Assembly: GCA_963816185.1 (NCBI GenBank)
Contig: CAWFJJ010000001.1
Location: forward strand, 480,001-544,000
Source: Thermoanaerobaculia bacterium
GTDB lineage: Bacteria > Acidobacteriota > Thermoanaerobaculia > UBA5066
Direction: 5' to 3'
DNA length: 64,000 nt
In this document: piece after piece, positions 41,783-51,336 of the stretch
Position numbering within the stretch: position 1 is the stretch's first letter
How the letters are laid out: every line of letters begins with the position of its first letter
Program-made: the position numbers and the translations under genes
The notes under the pieces: model-generated
Told to the model about the DNA's origin: nothing
The model's input: the letters and a program-made list of their open reading frames with translations, nothing else
The model's database searches: none

Positions 41783-42840
41783 CGACCGCCGCCGCCGTGC
41801 GCCCTCTTCGAATGGGCACGCGGGCGAGCGCGCTGGCGCGCACTCAGTCGGGCGCCTTCGCGGCGCAGCTGGCGCTCCTCTCGGGCCGCCCCGTCGAGAC
41901 GATCGTCATCCGCACGCACGGCGATCAGCTTTCGAGCGAGGGCAAGGCCCCGCCCGGAGGGGACGCCGCCGGCGTCTTCGTTCGCGCGCTCGACGAGGCG
42001 CTCCTGAGGAACGAGATCGACTTCGCCGTCCATTCCCTGAAGGACGTTCCGACGGCCGTCGCTCCCGGCGTCGCTCTCGCCGCCGTGCCGAAGCGTGCGG
42101 ACGGGCGCGACGCGCTCGTCGTCGCCTCGCGTCACGCCGGCGTCACGACGGTGAGCGCGCTTCCACCCGGGGCGCGCGTCGCCACGTCGTCGCCCCGGCG
42201 GGTGTCGCAGCTCCTGAGTTTACGGCCCGACCTCGTGACGGTCGCGATCGCGGGCAACGTGGACACGCGCCTCCAGCGCCTCGAAGAGGGCCGCGCCGAC
42301 GCGCTCATCCTCGCGTGCGCGGGCCTCGACCGGCTCGGAAGGGAAAACGTCATCACACGCCGGCTCGAGAGGGACGAGATGCTCGGCGCGCCGGCGCAGG
42401 GCGCCCTGGGAATCAGCTGCCGAGAGGACGACGTCGAAACGATCGCGGCGTTGAAGAGGATGGATGATTTCGAGACGCGCATGGCGGCCGAAGCCGAAAG
42501 GGATCTGCTGCATTTCCTGAGAGGCGGATGCCGGGCGCCTGTCGGCGCCCGGGGATTCTTCGAAGGGGAAGAGGGGAGCCGCACGCTGAAGCTCGTGGGC
42601 CGCGTGCTGTCGCTCGACGGCCGCGAATGCCTCGAAGACGAAGTGAGCGAGCCGTTCGCGCCGCCGTCCCACTCTTCACTTTCTAAGAAATCTCCGTCTT
42701 TGTCTCCTTATTCTTCTTCCCCTTCCAAGAAATCTTCGTCTTCCTCTTTCTCTTCTCTTGGTCGCGCCCTCGCCGAGCGCCTTCTCGCGCGCGGCGCCGC
42801 GCGACTCATCGACGCGGCGCGAGAGCGGACACCGGGGTGA
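41779..42840 (+). CDS. hemC: Hydroxymethylbilane synthase with a Ser-rich insertion near the C-terminus
   Basis: GTRASALARTQ, AVHSLKDVP, ATSSPRR, GNVDTRL, PAQGAL, cofactor Cys in GGCRAPVG. Confidence 0.94.
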   Translation: MTTAAAVRPLRMGTRASALARTQSGAFAAQLALLSGRPVETIVIRTHGDQLSSEGKAPPGGDAAGVFVRALDEALLRNEIDFAVHSLKDVPTAVAPGVALAAVPKRADGRDALVVASRHAGVTTVSALPPGARVATSSPRRVSQLLSLRPDLVTVAIAGNVDTRLQRLEEGRADALILACAGLDRLGRENVITRRLERDEMLGAPAQGALGISCREDDVETIAALKRMDDFETRMAAEAERDLLHFLRGGCRAPVGARGFFEGEEGSRTLKLVGRVLSLDGRECLEDEVSEPFAPPSHSSLSKKSPSLSPYSSSPSKKSSSSSFSSLGRALAERLLARGAARLIDAARERTPG

Positions 42841-43221
42841 GCGGCAGGATTCTCCTCCTGCGCTCCGGCGCCGCCGGCTCCGAAGACGCCCTTCCGGGCG
42901 ACGTGACCGTCCTTTACACGCACACCGTCGTTCCGCGTCCCGAGGGCATCGCCGAAGCGCTCGCGTTCGACGCGCGCGGAGCGACGCTCGTGATTTCTTC
43001 GAAGGAGACGGTCAACTATCTGCTCCCCCTCTTTCGCGCTCCTTTCGCCCAGATGCTGGCGGTAGGACAGGGCACGGGGACTCTGCTCAGAAAGGTGAAT
43101 ATGGGGGGCGCCGGGGGAGGCCGCCTGGGCGAAGCGACGAACGCCGGCGGGGAAATCGCACCGCCAGTCATCGTCCCCGAGGTTCCCGGAGCCGCGGGTG
43201 TCCTTCACTTTCTAAGAAACT
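42553..43221. repeat. Densest cluster (5 copies) of the dispersed 14-bp motif CYTTCKAAGAAATC
   Basis: Copies at 42553(-), 42679(+), 42721(+), 42992(-), 43208(+); other clusters near 15.7, 25.5, 34.6-35.5 and 63.7 kb. Confidence 0.8.
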
Positions 43222-43613
43222 CTTCCGTGCCCTCCCTCATGCGCATCCTCTGGCCGCATGGCTCCGACGCGGCGCCCGAGCCGCTGGAGCAGGTGCGCGC
43301 TCTCGGCATCCGGCTCGTCGCGCCGATCGTTTACGAAAAACGTCCTCTTTCTCCCTCCGAGCTGAATCCCTCGATCCTCGCCGATTTCCGAGCAGGCCGG
43401 TTCGCCGCGGTCGCCGTGGGCTCCACGGCGGCCCTCGACGTCCTGCTCGCCGCCCTGGATTCCAAGGCCGCGCGTCCACCGAAAGTAAGATGGGGCGTGC
43501 TCGGGCCCGAGAGCGCGAAGGCCGTGACCGCCCGAGGCCTTCCGGCCCCCTCGATTCCCGCGCACGCGCGACTTTTCGACCTCCTCGAGCTCCTGCGGAA
43601 GGAAACACGATGA
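42837..43613 (+). CDS. hemD: Uroporphyrinogen-III synthase (divergent)
   Basis: Lies between hemC and hemB with 4-nt overlaps; LVISSKETV, AVGQGT, IVYEK, GST, GPESAKA. Confidence 0.75.
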   Translation: MSGRILLLRSGAAGSEDALPGDVTVLYTHTVVPRPEGIAEALAFDARGATLVISSKETVNYLLPLFRAPFAQMLAVGQGTGTLLRKVNMGGAGGGRLGEATNAGGEIAPPVIVPEVPGAAGVLHFLRNSSVPSLMRILWPHGSDAAPEPLEQVRALGIRLVAPIVYEKRPLSPSELNPSILADFRAGRFAAVAVGSTAALDVLLAALDSKAARPPKVRWGVLGPESAKAVTARGLPAPSIPAHARLFDLLELLRKETR

Positions 43614-44581
43614 CCTTTCCCCTCCACCGCTATCGCCGGCTCCGCCGCTCCGAGAGCCTCCGAACGATCGTGCGCGAGACGTCGCTCGCCCCCTCGGACT
43701 TCATCGCGCCGATCTTCGTCGTGCCAGGCGCCGGTGTGCGCCAGCCGGTGCTGTCGATGCCGGGCGTCGACCGCGTGTCGGCGGAGCTGGCCGGAAAGGA
43801 CGCGAAATCGCTCGCAACTCTCGGCGTCCTCTCGGTGATCCTGTTCGGGATCCCCGAGGAGAAGGACCCGCAGGGCAAGTCCTCCGCGGATCCCGAGGGT
43901 CCGGTCTGCCGCGCCGTGCGCGCGATCAAGGCCGAAAGCCCGAAGACCATCGTCATGACCGACGTCTGCCTCTGCGAGTACACGGATCACGGCCATTGCG
44001 GGGTTCTCGCGCACGAAACGGTGGACAACGACGCGACGCTCCCGATCCTCGCGGCCGAAGCGCTCGCGCACGCGCAGGCGGGAGCCGACGTCGTCGCGCC
44101 CTCGGACATGATGGACGGGCGCGTCGGGGCGATCCGCGCCGCTCTCGACAAATCCGGCTTCCGGGACGTGGCGCTTCTCGCGTACGCCGCGAAGTACGCG
44201 TCGGGCTTCTACGGGCCTTTTCGCGAAGCCGCCGAATCGACGCCGTCTTTCGGCGACCGCCGCGCCTACCAGATGGACCCGGCGAACGTCCGCGAGGCGA
44301 TCAAGGAAGTTCTCTCCGACGTCGAAGAGGGCGCGGACCTCGTCATGGTGAAGCCCGCGCTCTCGTACCTCGACGTCGTGCGCGCCGCCAAGGAGGCCAC
44401 GAACGTGCCGGTCGCCTGCTACAACGTGTCCGGCGAGTACGCGATGGTGAAGGCGGCCGCGCAAAACGGCTGGATCGACGGCCCGCGCGTCACGCTCGAG
44501 ATCCTCACGTCCATGAAGCGTGCGGGCGCGGATTTGATCCTGACGTATCACGCGAAGGAGGCGGCCGAGTGGCTGGCGTGA
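43610..44581 (+). CDS. hemB: Porphobilinogen synthase, Zn-Cys type
   Basis: RRLRR, DVCLCEYTDHGHCG, APSDMMDGR, YAAKYAS.FYGPFREA, MVKPA. Confidence 0.97.
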   Translation: MTFPLHRYRRLRRSESLRTIVRETSLAPSDFIAPIFVVPGAGVRQPVLSMPGVDRVSAELAGKDAKSLATLGVLSVILFGIPEEKDPQGKSSADPEGPVCRAVRAIKAESPKTIVMTDVCLCEYTDHGHCGVLAHETVDNDATLPILAAEALAHAQAGADVVAPSDMMDGRVGAIRAALDKSGFRDVALLAYAAKYASGFYGPFREAAESTPSFGDRRAYQMDPANVREAIKEVLSDVEEGADLVMVKPALSYLDVVRAAKEATNVPVACYNVSGEYAMVKAAAQNGWIDGPRVTLEILTSMKRAGADLILTYHAKEAAEWLA

Positions 44582-45903
44582 CCCGGAAGCGTCTTCGCAG
44601 AACGTCCCAGTCTGAAGCCCTCTTCGCGCGCGCACGGCTGCGCATGCCCGGCGGCGTGTCGTCGCCCGTGCGTTCGTTCGCGTCGGTGGGCGGGACGCCG
44701 TTCTTCGTCAAGAAGGGCCGCGGGGGCACAGTGATCGACGCCGACGGCAACCGCTACGTGGACTGGGTCATGTCCTACGGCCCGCTCGTGTTCGGGCACG
44801 CGCATGGTCCGGTTCTCTCGGCCGTGAGGAGAGTCCTGCCCCGCGGAACGTCGTACGGCGCGCCGACGAGGGGCGAGGTCGAGCTGGCCGAGCGCGTCAC
44901 GAAGGCGTTCCCGTCGATGGAGAAGGTGCGCTTCGTGTCCTCGGGGACGGAAGCCGCGATGAGCGCGGTGCGCCTTGCCCGCGGCGCCACGGGCCGCGAC
45001 CTCGTCCTGAAGTTCGCGGGCTGCTACCACGGGCACGCGGACTCGTTCCTCGTCTCGGCGGGCTCCGGCGTCGCGACGCTCGGCATTCCAGGCTCGCCGG
45101 GCGTGCCCGCGTCTCTCGCCGGCCTCACGCTGACGGCGCGGTACAACGACCTGGCCTCGGTCGAGGCCCTCTTCGCCGCGCACCCGAAGCGCATCGCGGT
45201 CGTTGCGGTCGAGCCGGTCGCCGCCAACATGGGCGTCGTCGCGCCGGAGCCGGGATTCCTCGAGGGCCTTCGCGCGATCGCGGATCGCGATGGCGCGCTG
45301 CTGCTCTTCGACGAGGTCATCACGGGCTTCCGCCTCGCCAAGGGCGGCGCCCAGGAGCTTTTCGGCGTGCAGGCGGATCTCACGTGCCTCGGCAAGATTC
45401 TCGGGGGCGGGCTGCCGGTCGGCGCGTACGGCGGTCGCGCGGACCTCATGGCGAGGGTCGCGCCGGACGGCCCGGTCTACCAGGCCGGGACGCTCTCGGG
45501 AAACCCGCTCGCGATGGCGGCCGGGAAGGCGATGCTCGATTCCCTCACGCCCGCGGTCTACGCGAAGCTCGAGAAGGCCGCCAGGGAGCTCGAGCGCGGG
45601 ATGAACGCCGCCGCCAAGAAGGTCGGCGTCGAGGACCGTGTCGTGATCAACCGCGTGGGCTCGATCCTCACGCCGTTCTTCACGAAAGGCCCGGTCCTGA
45701 ACTTCGATGACGCGAAGAAATCCGACCTCGAAGCGTTCCGGAAGTGGTTCCACGCGCTCCTCGGAGGCGGCGTTTTCGTCGCCCCGGCGCAGTTCGAGGC
45801 GATGTTCGTGTCGACCGCGCACACGCCTCGCGACATCGCGGCCACCGTCAAGGCGCACGAAACCGCGCTGCGGGCGGCCTTCGGCTCGACGGCCGGCGGT
45901 TGA
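44578..45903 (+). CDS. hemL: Glutamate-1-semialdehyde 2,1-aminomutase
   Basis: PGGVSSPVR, SGTEA, GCYHGH, FDEVITGFR, GKILGGGLP, QAGTLSGNP. Confidence 0.96.
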   Translation: MTRKRLRRTSQSEALFARARLRMPGGVSSPVRSFASVGGTPFFVKKGRGGTVIDADGNRYVDWVMSYGPLVFGHAHGPVLSAVRRVLPRGTSYGAPTRGEVELAERVTKAFPSMEKVRFVSSGTEAAMSAVRLARGATGRDLVLKFAGCYHGHADSFLVSAGSGVATLGIPGSPGVPASLAGLTLTARYNDLASVEALFAAHPKRIAVVAVEPVAANMGVVAPEPGFLEGLRAIADRDGALLLFDEVITGFRLAKGGAQELFGVQADLTCLGKILGGGLPVGAYGGRADLMARVAPDGPVYQAGTLSGNPLAMAAGKAMLDSLTPAVYAKLEKAARELERGMNAAAKKVGVEDRVVINRVGSILTPFFTKGPVLNFDDAKKSDLEAFRKWFHALLGGGVFVAPAQFEAMFVSTAHTPRDIAATVKAHETALRAAFGSTAGG

Positions 45904-47144
45904 CGGACCCACGGGACCTTCTTCGGGAGGAGGCCCGGTCCCGCGACCGGGCCGACCCGCTCGCGCGCTTTCGGGACGAGTTCGTCTTCGACGAGGGAGG
46001 TCCTCTTTACGTCGACGGGAACTCGCTCGGGCGGCTTCCGAAGCGCACCGCTCCGGCCGTGGAGCGGATCGTGCGCGCCGAGTGGGGCTCGCGCCTCGTG
46101 CGCGGCTGGAACGAGGGTTGGGTGGACGCGCCCCGGCGTGTGGGCGACAAGCTCGCACGTCTCCTCGGCGCGGGGCCCGGCGAGGTGACCGTTTCGGACG
46201 CGACGAGCGTGAACCTCTTCAAGCTCGCCGTCGCGGCGCTTCGGGCGCGTCCAGGCCGGAAGACGATCGTCACGGACGCGCTCAACTTTCCCTCGGACCT
46301 CTACGTCCTCGGAGGCGCGGCGCAGCTTCTCGGTGCGGGGAGGCGTGTCGTCGTCGTTCCCGCACGCGATGGAATCACGGTCGACGCCGCGGATCTCGAC
46401 GCGGCGATCACCGAAGACACGGCGCTCGTGTCGCTCTCGCACGTCGCGTACCGAAGCGGCTTTCTCCACGACATGGCGGCCGTCAACGCGCTCGCGCACG
46501 CAGCGGGCGCGCTCGTGCTCTGGGACGTGAGCCATTCGGCGGGAGTCGTCCCGATCGACCTCGAAGGCTCCGGCGCCGACCTCGCGGTGGGGTGCACGTA
46601 CAAGTACCTGAACGGCGGGCCGGGATCTCCCGCGTTCCTCTACGTCCGACGTTCTTTGCAGCAGGAGCTCGAGAGCCCGATTCGCGGCTGGTTCTCGCGT
46701 CACGAGCCCTTCTCCTTTAGCGTGAGCTACGAGCCTGCGCACGATCTCTCCCGGTTTCTCGTTGGCACGCCGCCGATCCTCTCCCTTGCGGCGGCGGAGG
46801 CGGGAGTCGACCTCGCGCTCGAGGCCGGGGTCGGTCCCGTACGGGAGAAGTCGGTCGCGCAGGGGGAGTTCCTCGTGCGCCTCTGGGAGACGTTTCTCGA
46901 GCCGCGAGGTGTGACGCTCCGCTCGCCGCGAGAAGCCGCGCGGCGCGGCTCGCACGTCTCGTTCGGGCATTCCGAGGCCCTCGCGATCGACCGCGCTCTC
47001 ATCGAAGAGATGAGGGTCATCCCGGATTTCCGGCCGCCGGACGTCATCCGCTTCGGCTTCGCGCCTCTTTACACGCGCTTCATGGATCTCTACGAGGCGG
47101 CCGACGGGTTCCGGCGAGTCCTCGACGAGGAGCTGGCCCGCTGA
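45900..47144 (+). CDS. kynU: Kynureninase
   Basis: DPLARFRDEF, YVDGNSLG, DATSVNLFK, NFPSDLY, WDVSHSAG, GCTYKYLNGGPG, RGSHVS; TTG overlaps the hemL stop. Confidence 0.93.
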   Translation: MTDPRDLLREEARSRDRADPLARFRDEFVFDEGGPLYVDGNSLGRLPKRTAPAVERIVRAEWGSRLVRGWNEGWVDAPRRVGDKLARLLGAGPGEVTVSDATSVNLFKLAVAALRARPGRKTIVTDALNFPSDLYVLGGAAQLLGAGRRVVVVPARDGITVDAADLDAAITEDTALVSLSHVAYRSGFLHDMAAVNALAHAAGALVLWDVSHSAGVVPIDLEGSGADLAVGCTYKYLNGGPGSPAFLYVRRSLQQELESPIRGWFSRHEPFSFSVSYEPAHDLSRFLVGTPPILSLAAAEAGVDLALEAGVGPVREKSVAQGEFLVRLWETFLEPRGVTLRSPREAARRGSHVSFGHSEALAIDRALIEEMRVIPDFRPPDVIRFGFAPLYTRFMDLYEAADGFRRVLDEELAR

Positions 47145-47223
47145 CCGCTGCGCGGTCTCACGGGAGATGGGCGGGCCAGCAGCTGTCAGCGATGGGGGAA
47201 ATTTTTCGACAACGGGCGCATCG

Positions 47224-48888
47224 TCACTCGAACCACCCGACGACATCGAAAATCACCTGGGCCGAGCCGCTGCCGAGACCATCCACGAGAAGGTCGCCGT
47301 TCGCGCCGAGCCCGCCGCTGACGTTGTTCGCGCGCGTCTGGCCGGCCTTGAAGCTCACCGTGGTCGTGCCCGTCGGGCCCGATCCCCCCGGCACGACACG
47401 CAGCGACCCGGCCGCGGTCGGAGAGGTGACCGTGAAGTTGCCGGCGATCGACTTTGCCGTGGCGGGCACGCCGCACCGCCCCCTGATGACGAACGAGCGC
47501 GAGGAGCCCGCGGAGATCGCGGGTCCCCCGTAGGGTCCGGTTGCATTCCGCGTGTCGAAGACCCGGCAGGGTGTGAGCGCGTGGAAGGACGTCGCGGGCG
47601 GCGGAGGCAGTGCCGGCGTGTAATCCACCTGCACCGTGAGCGAGGTCGAGGTCTTCGAGAGCGTCGTGATGGTGAGCAGGAGCTCGGGATCCGTGAACGT
47701 CGCGCCGACATCGAGCTCGGCGTCGTCGAAGGTCGTCGTGGCGGGCTTCATGTCGAGGAGGTCCGTCCCGCCGACGGCGCTTGGCGCGAAGCGGAGCAAT
47801 CCGCCGTTCACGACGGTCGTCGGTTCTCCGGCGTCGAAGCCGGCGCGGTTCCGCCACTCGATCCAGTACGTCCGTGCGGGCATCGTCGTGGGAATTTTCA
47901 CGGCGTACATCGATTGCCCTGGCGTCTCGAGCGCGCCGATCGTGTACGTCGCGGTGCCGCCGGGGTGCGCGCGCACGCTGCCGGCGGGCAGCCAGCCGAA
48001 CGAGTCCTTGAACTGCGCGTTGAAGTGTCCCGCTCGCGAGTTGCCCATGACGTCGAAGCGGTCGCCGTACTCGCTGCGCGTGCATCCCGAGGGCGCGATC
48101 GTCACGGTCCCGCAGTCGTACGAGTGCGCGTGCAGGACGCCGAAGTTGTGGCCCAGCTCGTGGGCCGCGACGAGAAGGCCCATCGAACCCGTCCCGTTGA
48201 TCCAGGCCCCCGACCCGCCCACGTACCCGAGCCCGTTCCAGCCGCACGCGCTGATCGACGGAAATACCCAGAGGACGAAGTTGTAGCTCGCGAGGTTGTA
48301 GCCGGCCGCCGCCGCGCGCGCGTTTCCCTGCGATTGGATCGTGCTCGTGTCGCAGGTCGTGGGCTTGGCGACGGTGGCCGTCACGAGGGCGACGTCCCCC
48401 GTCATCGAGACGAGTCCGTAGGAAGCCTCGTTGTAGAAGCGCGCGACGCTCGAGCCGGCGCCGAAGAAGAGGTTCTGGGCGTTCGTAACCGTCGTGGCGT
48501 TCAGGGAGGTGTCGTTCGTGAAGTCGAGGAGGATGACGAGGACGCGCTTGGCTCCGGTGGTCCAGGCGCTGAGGGGCTCGCGCGCGAGAGGCGCGCGCGA
48601 AAGCCGCTCGACCTCCTCCACGTCGAAGGCTTCCGGCCGGGGGCGCCCCTGGACGGCGATGCGGTCGCCCGTCCGAAGCTCCGCCGGGGGCTCCACGAAG
48701 CGAAGTCGGAGGGTCTCCCCGTCGTCCGTGTGGAGCTCGTAGTGGAACTCGGCTCTTTGGTTCGGGAAGTCGTCGGACACGCCGACGAAAAGGGTGCCCG
48801 TCCTCAGGAACGGGTCGTCGGCCCGCGCGAGCAGGCTCGGCAATGCGGCGAGCGAGAGCGTGAGGAACGCGATGCGGAAACGCTGCAT
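47224..48888 (-). CDS. Secreted metzincin peptidase (M11-like) with C-terminal PCRVFDTR module
   Basis: Signal peptide; HELGHNFGVLH; EYGDRFDVMG Met-turn; C-terminal TPCRVFDTR...VIFDVVGWFE. Confidence 0.85.
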   Translation of the reverse strand: MQRFRIAFLTLSLAALPSLLARADDPFLRTGTLFVGVSDDFPNQRAEFHYELHTDDGETLRLRFVEPPAELRTGDRIAVQGRPRPEAFDVEEVERLSRAPLAREPLSAWTTGAKRVLVILLDFTNDTSLNATTVTNAQNLFFGAGSSVARFYNEASYGLVSMTGDVALVTATVAKPTTCDTSTIQSQGNARAAAAGYNLASYNFVLWVFPSISACGWNGLGYVGGSGAWINGTGSMGLLVAAHELGHNFGVLHAHSYDCGTVTIAPSGCTRSEYGDRFDVMGNSRAGHFNAQFKDSFGWLPAGSVRAHPGGTATYTIGALETPGQSMYAVKIPTTMPARTYWIEWRNRAGFDAGEPTTVVNGGLLRFAPSAVGGTDLLDMKPATTTFDDAELDVGATFTDPELLLTITTLSKTSTSLTVQVDYTPALPPPPATSFHALTPCRVFDTRNATGPYGGPAISAGSSRSFVIRGRCGVPATAKSIAGNFTVTSPTAAGSLRVVPGGSGPTGTTTVSFKAGQTRANNVSGGLGANGDLLVDGLGSGSAQVIFDVVGWFE

Positions 48889-48997
48889 GGGATACCTCTA
48901 AAAGAGATCCGGCAGTGGAAACGCGTTGCTCCGGAGAGGTTACCTCTTTTCGAACAGACCGGCTGGAAGAACCCCCTGAGTTTGTACCTCGGAGTAA

Positions 48998-49017
48998 TTT
49001 GATGCAACTGAATCAAA
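48998..49017. promoter_or_regulatory. Palindromic candidate operator upstream of the cytochrome operon
   Basis: TTTGATGCAACTGAATCAAA, 16/20 self-complementary, FNR-like half-sites with an 8-nt spacer, about 110 bp upstream of the mtrC-like ATG. Confidence 0.5.
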
Positions 49018-49127
49018 GCGTTGCCGGTTGCCTGCCCCTACCCTCAGGAACGGATGAAACCAGCCATTTCTCGCGAACGCCCGTTCGTTGACTCTTTTTA
49101 GGTTTTTCTTCGGTAAGGAGGCTGACG

Positions 49128-51323
49128 ATGTCACTGGTATCACGCACGGCTCTCACATTCCTCGCTGGTCTGGTCGCGGTGCCAATGACACCGGTGGCGC
49201 ATACCGGCCCTTCGGGCTCCCCGGTGGCACGCGCAGCGACCCCAGTCGCCTATGACGTGACACAGAAGGAGTACTACCTCTCGGCCGACCAGGCCACCTT
49301 CGTCCGTCCGGGCTACGTCATCAAGGTGAACAGCGTCACGATCGGAGCCGACCGCAAGCCCGTCGTGGACGTGAACATCACGGACACCGCAGGCCAGCCC
49401 ATCGACCGTCTCGGCGTTCTGACGCCGGGTGCGGCGGGGGCGAGCTTCATCGCGGCATGGTGGGATCCTGCGACGCGATACTACACGGCGTACACGACGC
49501 GCACCGCGACGGCCGCTCCTCCGGCGGATCCTTCGAGGATCGGAAACAAGACCGTCCAGGCCGGCACGGACACGGGCGGCAAGTACACGGACCTCGAGAC
49601 GGGGCACTACAAGTATGCGTTCGGCACCGCGCTGCCGGCCGGCTTCGATCAGACGAAGACGACGACGATCGGGATCTACGGCAACCGCGTCATGCCGGCC
49701 GACATCCTCGACGGCAAGACGTACACCGCCAACATCGAGTACGACTTCCGGCCCGACGGAGCCGCTGTCGCCGACAAGTGGGGCAAGATCAACCAGGCGA
49801 CGAGCTGCAACAACTGCCACGATCCGCTCTCGGCCCACGGCGGCTCTCGCCAGGACGTGAAGCTCTGCGTCCTCTGCCACCAGCCCCAGACGGTCGACCC
49901 CGACACCGGCAACACGGTCGACTTCAAGGTCATGATCCACAAGATCCACGACGGCGAGCACCTTCCGAGCGTCGTGGCCGGAACGCCCTACGAGATCATC
50001 GGGAACGCCCAGTCGGTTCACGACTACTCCATCGTCACGTACCCGCAGGAGATCCGCAACTGCGCGAGCTGCCACGAGGGCACCGTCGCGGCCTCCAAGC
50101 CGGCTCAGGCGAGCGTGTGGTACTCGAACCCCTCGAGCGCGGCCTGCGGCTCGTGCCACGACGACGTGAATTTCACGACGGGCGCGAACCACCCGGCCGG
50201 CCCGGCGACGGACGCCACGTGCGCCACCTGCCACCAGCCGCAGGGCGACGTCGAGTGGGACGCCGGCATCAAGAACGCCCACGTCGTTCCGCTCCACTCG
50301 GCCCAGCTCAAGGGCTACACGGCGGCGATCACCTCCGTCTCGAACGCCGGCCCCGGCAAGAAGATCACGGTCACGTTCCAGCTCAAGAACGGCGACGGCT
50401 CGTTCGTCGACCCGGGCGTCTACAAGAACTCCGCGAACGGTTCGCTCAGCATCAAGCTCGGTGGACCGACGTCCGACTACACGAACGTCGGCATGGCCGC
50501 GAACGGCCAGCCGTTCAGTGAGAGCCCCGCCACGGCGGCCACGCCGGCCGTGTACAACGCCACGACGGGCATCGCGACCTACACGTTCACGAACGCCATC
50601 CCGGCCGCCGCCAAGGGCACGTACGTCGTCTCGATCGAGTCGCGCCGCCCGATCAAGCTGAACCCGGCCCCCACGAAGGGCCCGACCTCGGTCAACGAGG
50701 GCGCGCCGAACCAGCCGTTCTACTTCGCGGTCACGGGCACGACGGTTACGCCCCGCCGCACGTCCGTCCTGCTCTCGAACTGCAACAAGTGCCACCAGGA
50801 CCTCAACGTCACGTTCTCGCACGGCAACCAGCGCATCGCGACTCAGCACTGCGTGATCTGCCACAACCCGAACGGCAGCGATCTCGCCCGCCGGCCGGCA
50901 GACCATTCGGCGGACCCCGGCGAGTCGATCGAGTTCGCGCGCATGATCCACCGTATCCACACGGGCGACGAGCTGACGCAGGATTTCACGATCTACGGGA
51001 ACTCCGGAACGGGGGCCAGCTTCAACGAAGTGACGTACCCCGGCGACCGGCGGAACTGCCTCGCCTGCCACGTGAACATCGCGGCGGTCACGCTCCCGCT
51101 CCCGATCACGAACCAGCCGGTCGTCACGGATCGCGACTTCTTCTCGCCGCGCGGATCGGCCACGGCCGCCTGCACGGGCTGCCATGACAGCCGCGACGTC
51201 GCCGCGCACGCTTTCCTGAACACGGCGTACTTCCCGGGCGCCCCTGGAGTGCCCGCCGAGGCCTGCGGCACCTGCCACGGGGCCGGTGCCACATACGCAG
51301 TCGACGTCGTCCACGCGCGCTGA
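49128..51323 (+). CDS. OmcA/MtrC family decaheme c-type cytochrome
   Basis: 10 CxxCH in a 5+5 layout separated by beta domains; HGGSR, DFKVMIHKIH, EFARMIHRIH; Shine-Dalgarno AAGGAGG. Confidence 0.92.
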   Translation: MSLVSRTALTFLAGLVAVPMTPVAHTGPSGSPVARAATPVAYDVTQKEYYLSADQATFVRPGYVIKVNSVTIGADRKPVVDVNITDTAGQPIDRLGVLTPGAAGASFIAAWWDPATRYYTAYTTRTATAAPPADPSRIGNKTVQAGTDTGGKYTDLETGHYKYAFGTALPAGFDQTKTTTIGIYGNRVMPADILDGKTYTANIEYDFRPDGAAVADKWGKINQATSCNNCHDPLSAHGGSRQDVKLCVLCHQPQTVDPDTGNTVDFKVMIHKIHDGEHLPSVVAGTPYEIIGNAQSVHDYSIVTYPQEIRNCASCHEGTVAASKPAQASVWYSNPSSAACGSCHDDVNFTTGANHPAGPATDATCATCHQPQGDVEWDAGIKNAHVVPLHSAQLKGYTAAITSVSNAGPGKKITVTFQLKNGDGSFVDPGVYKNSANGSLSIKLGGPTSDYTNVGMAANGQPFSESPATAATPAVYNATTGIATYTFTNAIPAAAKGTYVVSIESRRPIKLNPAPTKGPTSVNEGAPNQPFYFAVTGTTVTPRRTSVLLSNCNKCHQDLNVTFSHGNQRIATQHCVICHNPNGSDLARRPADHSADPGESIEFARMIHRIHTGDELTQDFTIYGNSGTGASFNEVTYPGDRRNCLACHVNIAAVTLPLPITNQPVVTDRDFFSPRGSATAACTGCHDSRDVAAHAFLNTAYFPGAPGVPAEACGTCHGAGATYAVDVVHAR

Positions 51324-51336
51324 CGAGTAAAAGGCC

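Noticed and set aside
34654-45903. Apparent long N-terminal fusions on hemY, hemH, hemA, hemC, hemB and hemL in the ORF track
   Set aside because: Open frames run back through the upstream gene; real starts overlap upstream stops by 4 nt.
48999-49016. Canonical FNR box
   Set aside because: Spacer is 8 nt, not 4; kept only as an unassigned palindrome.
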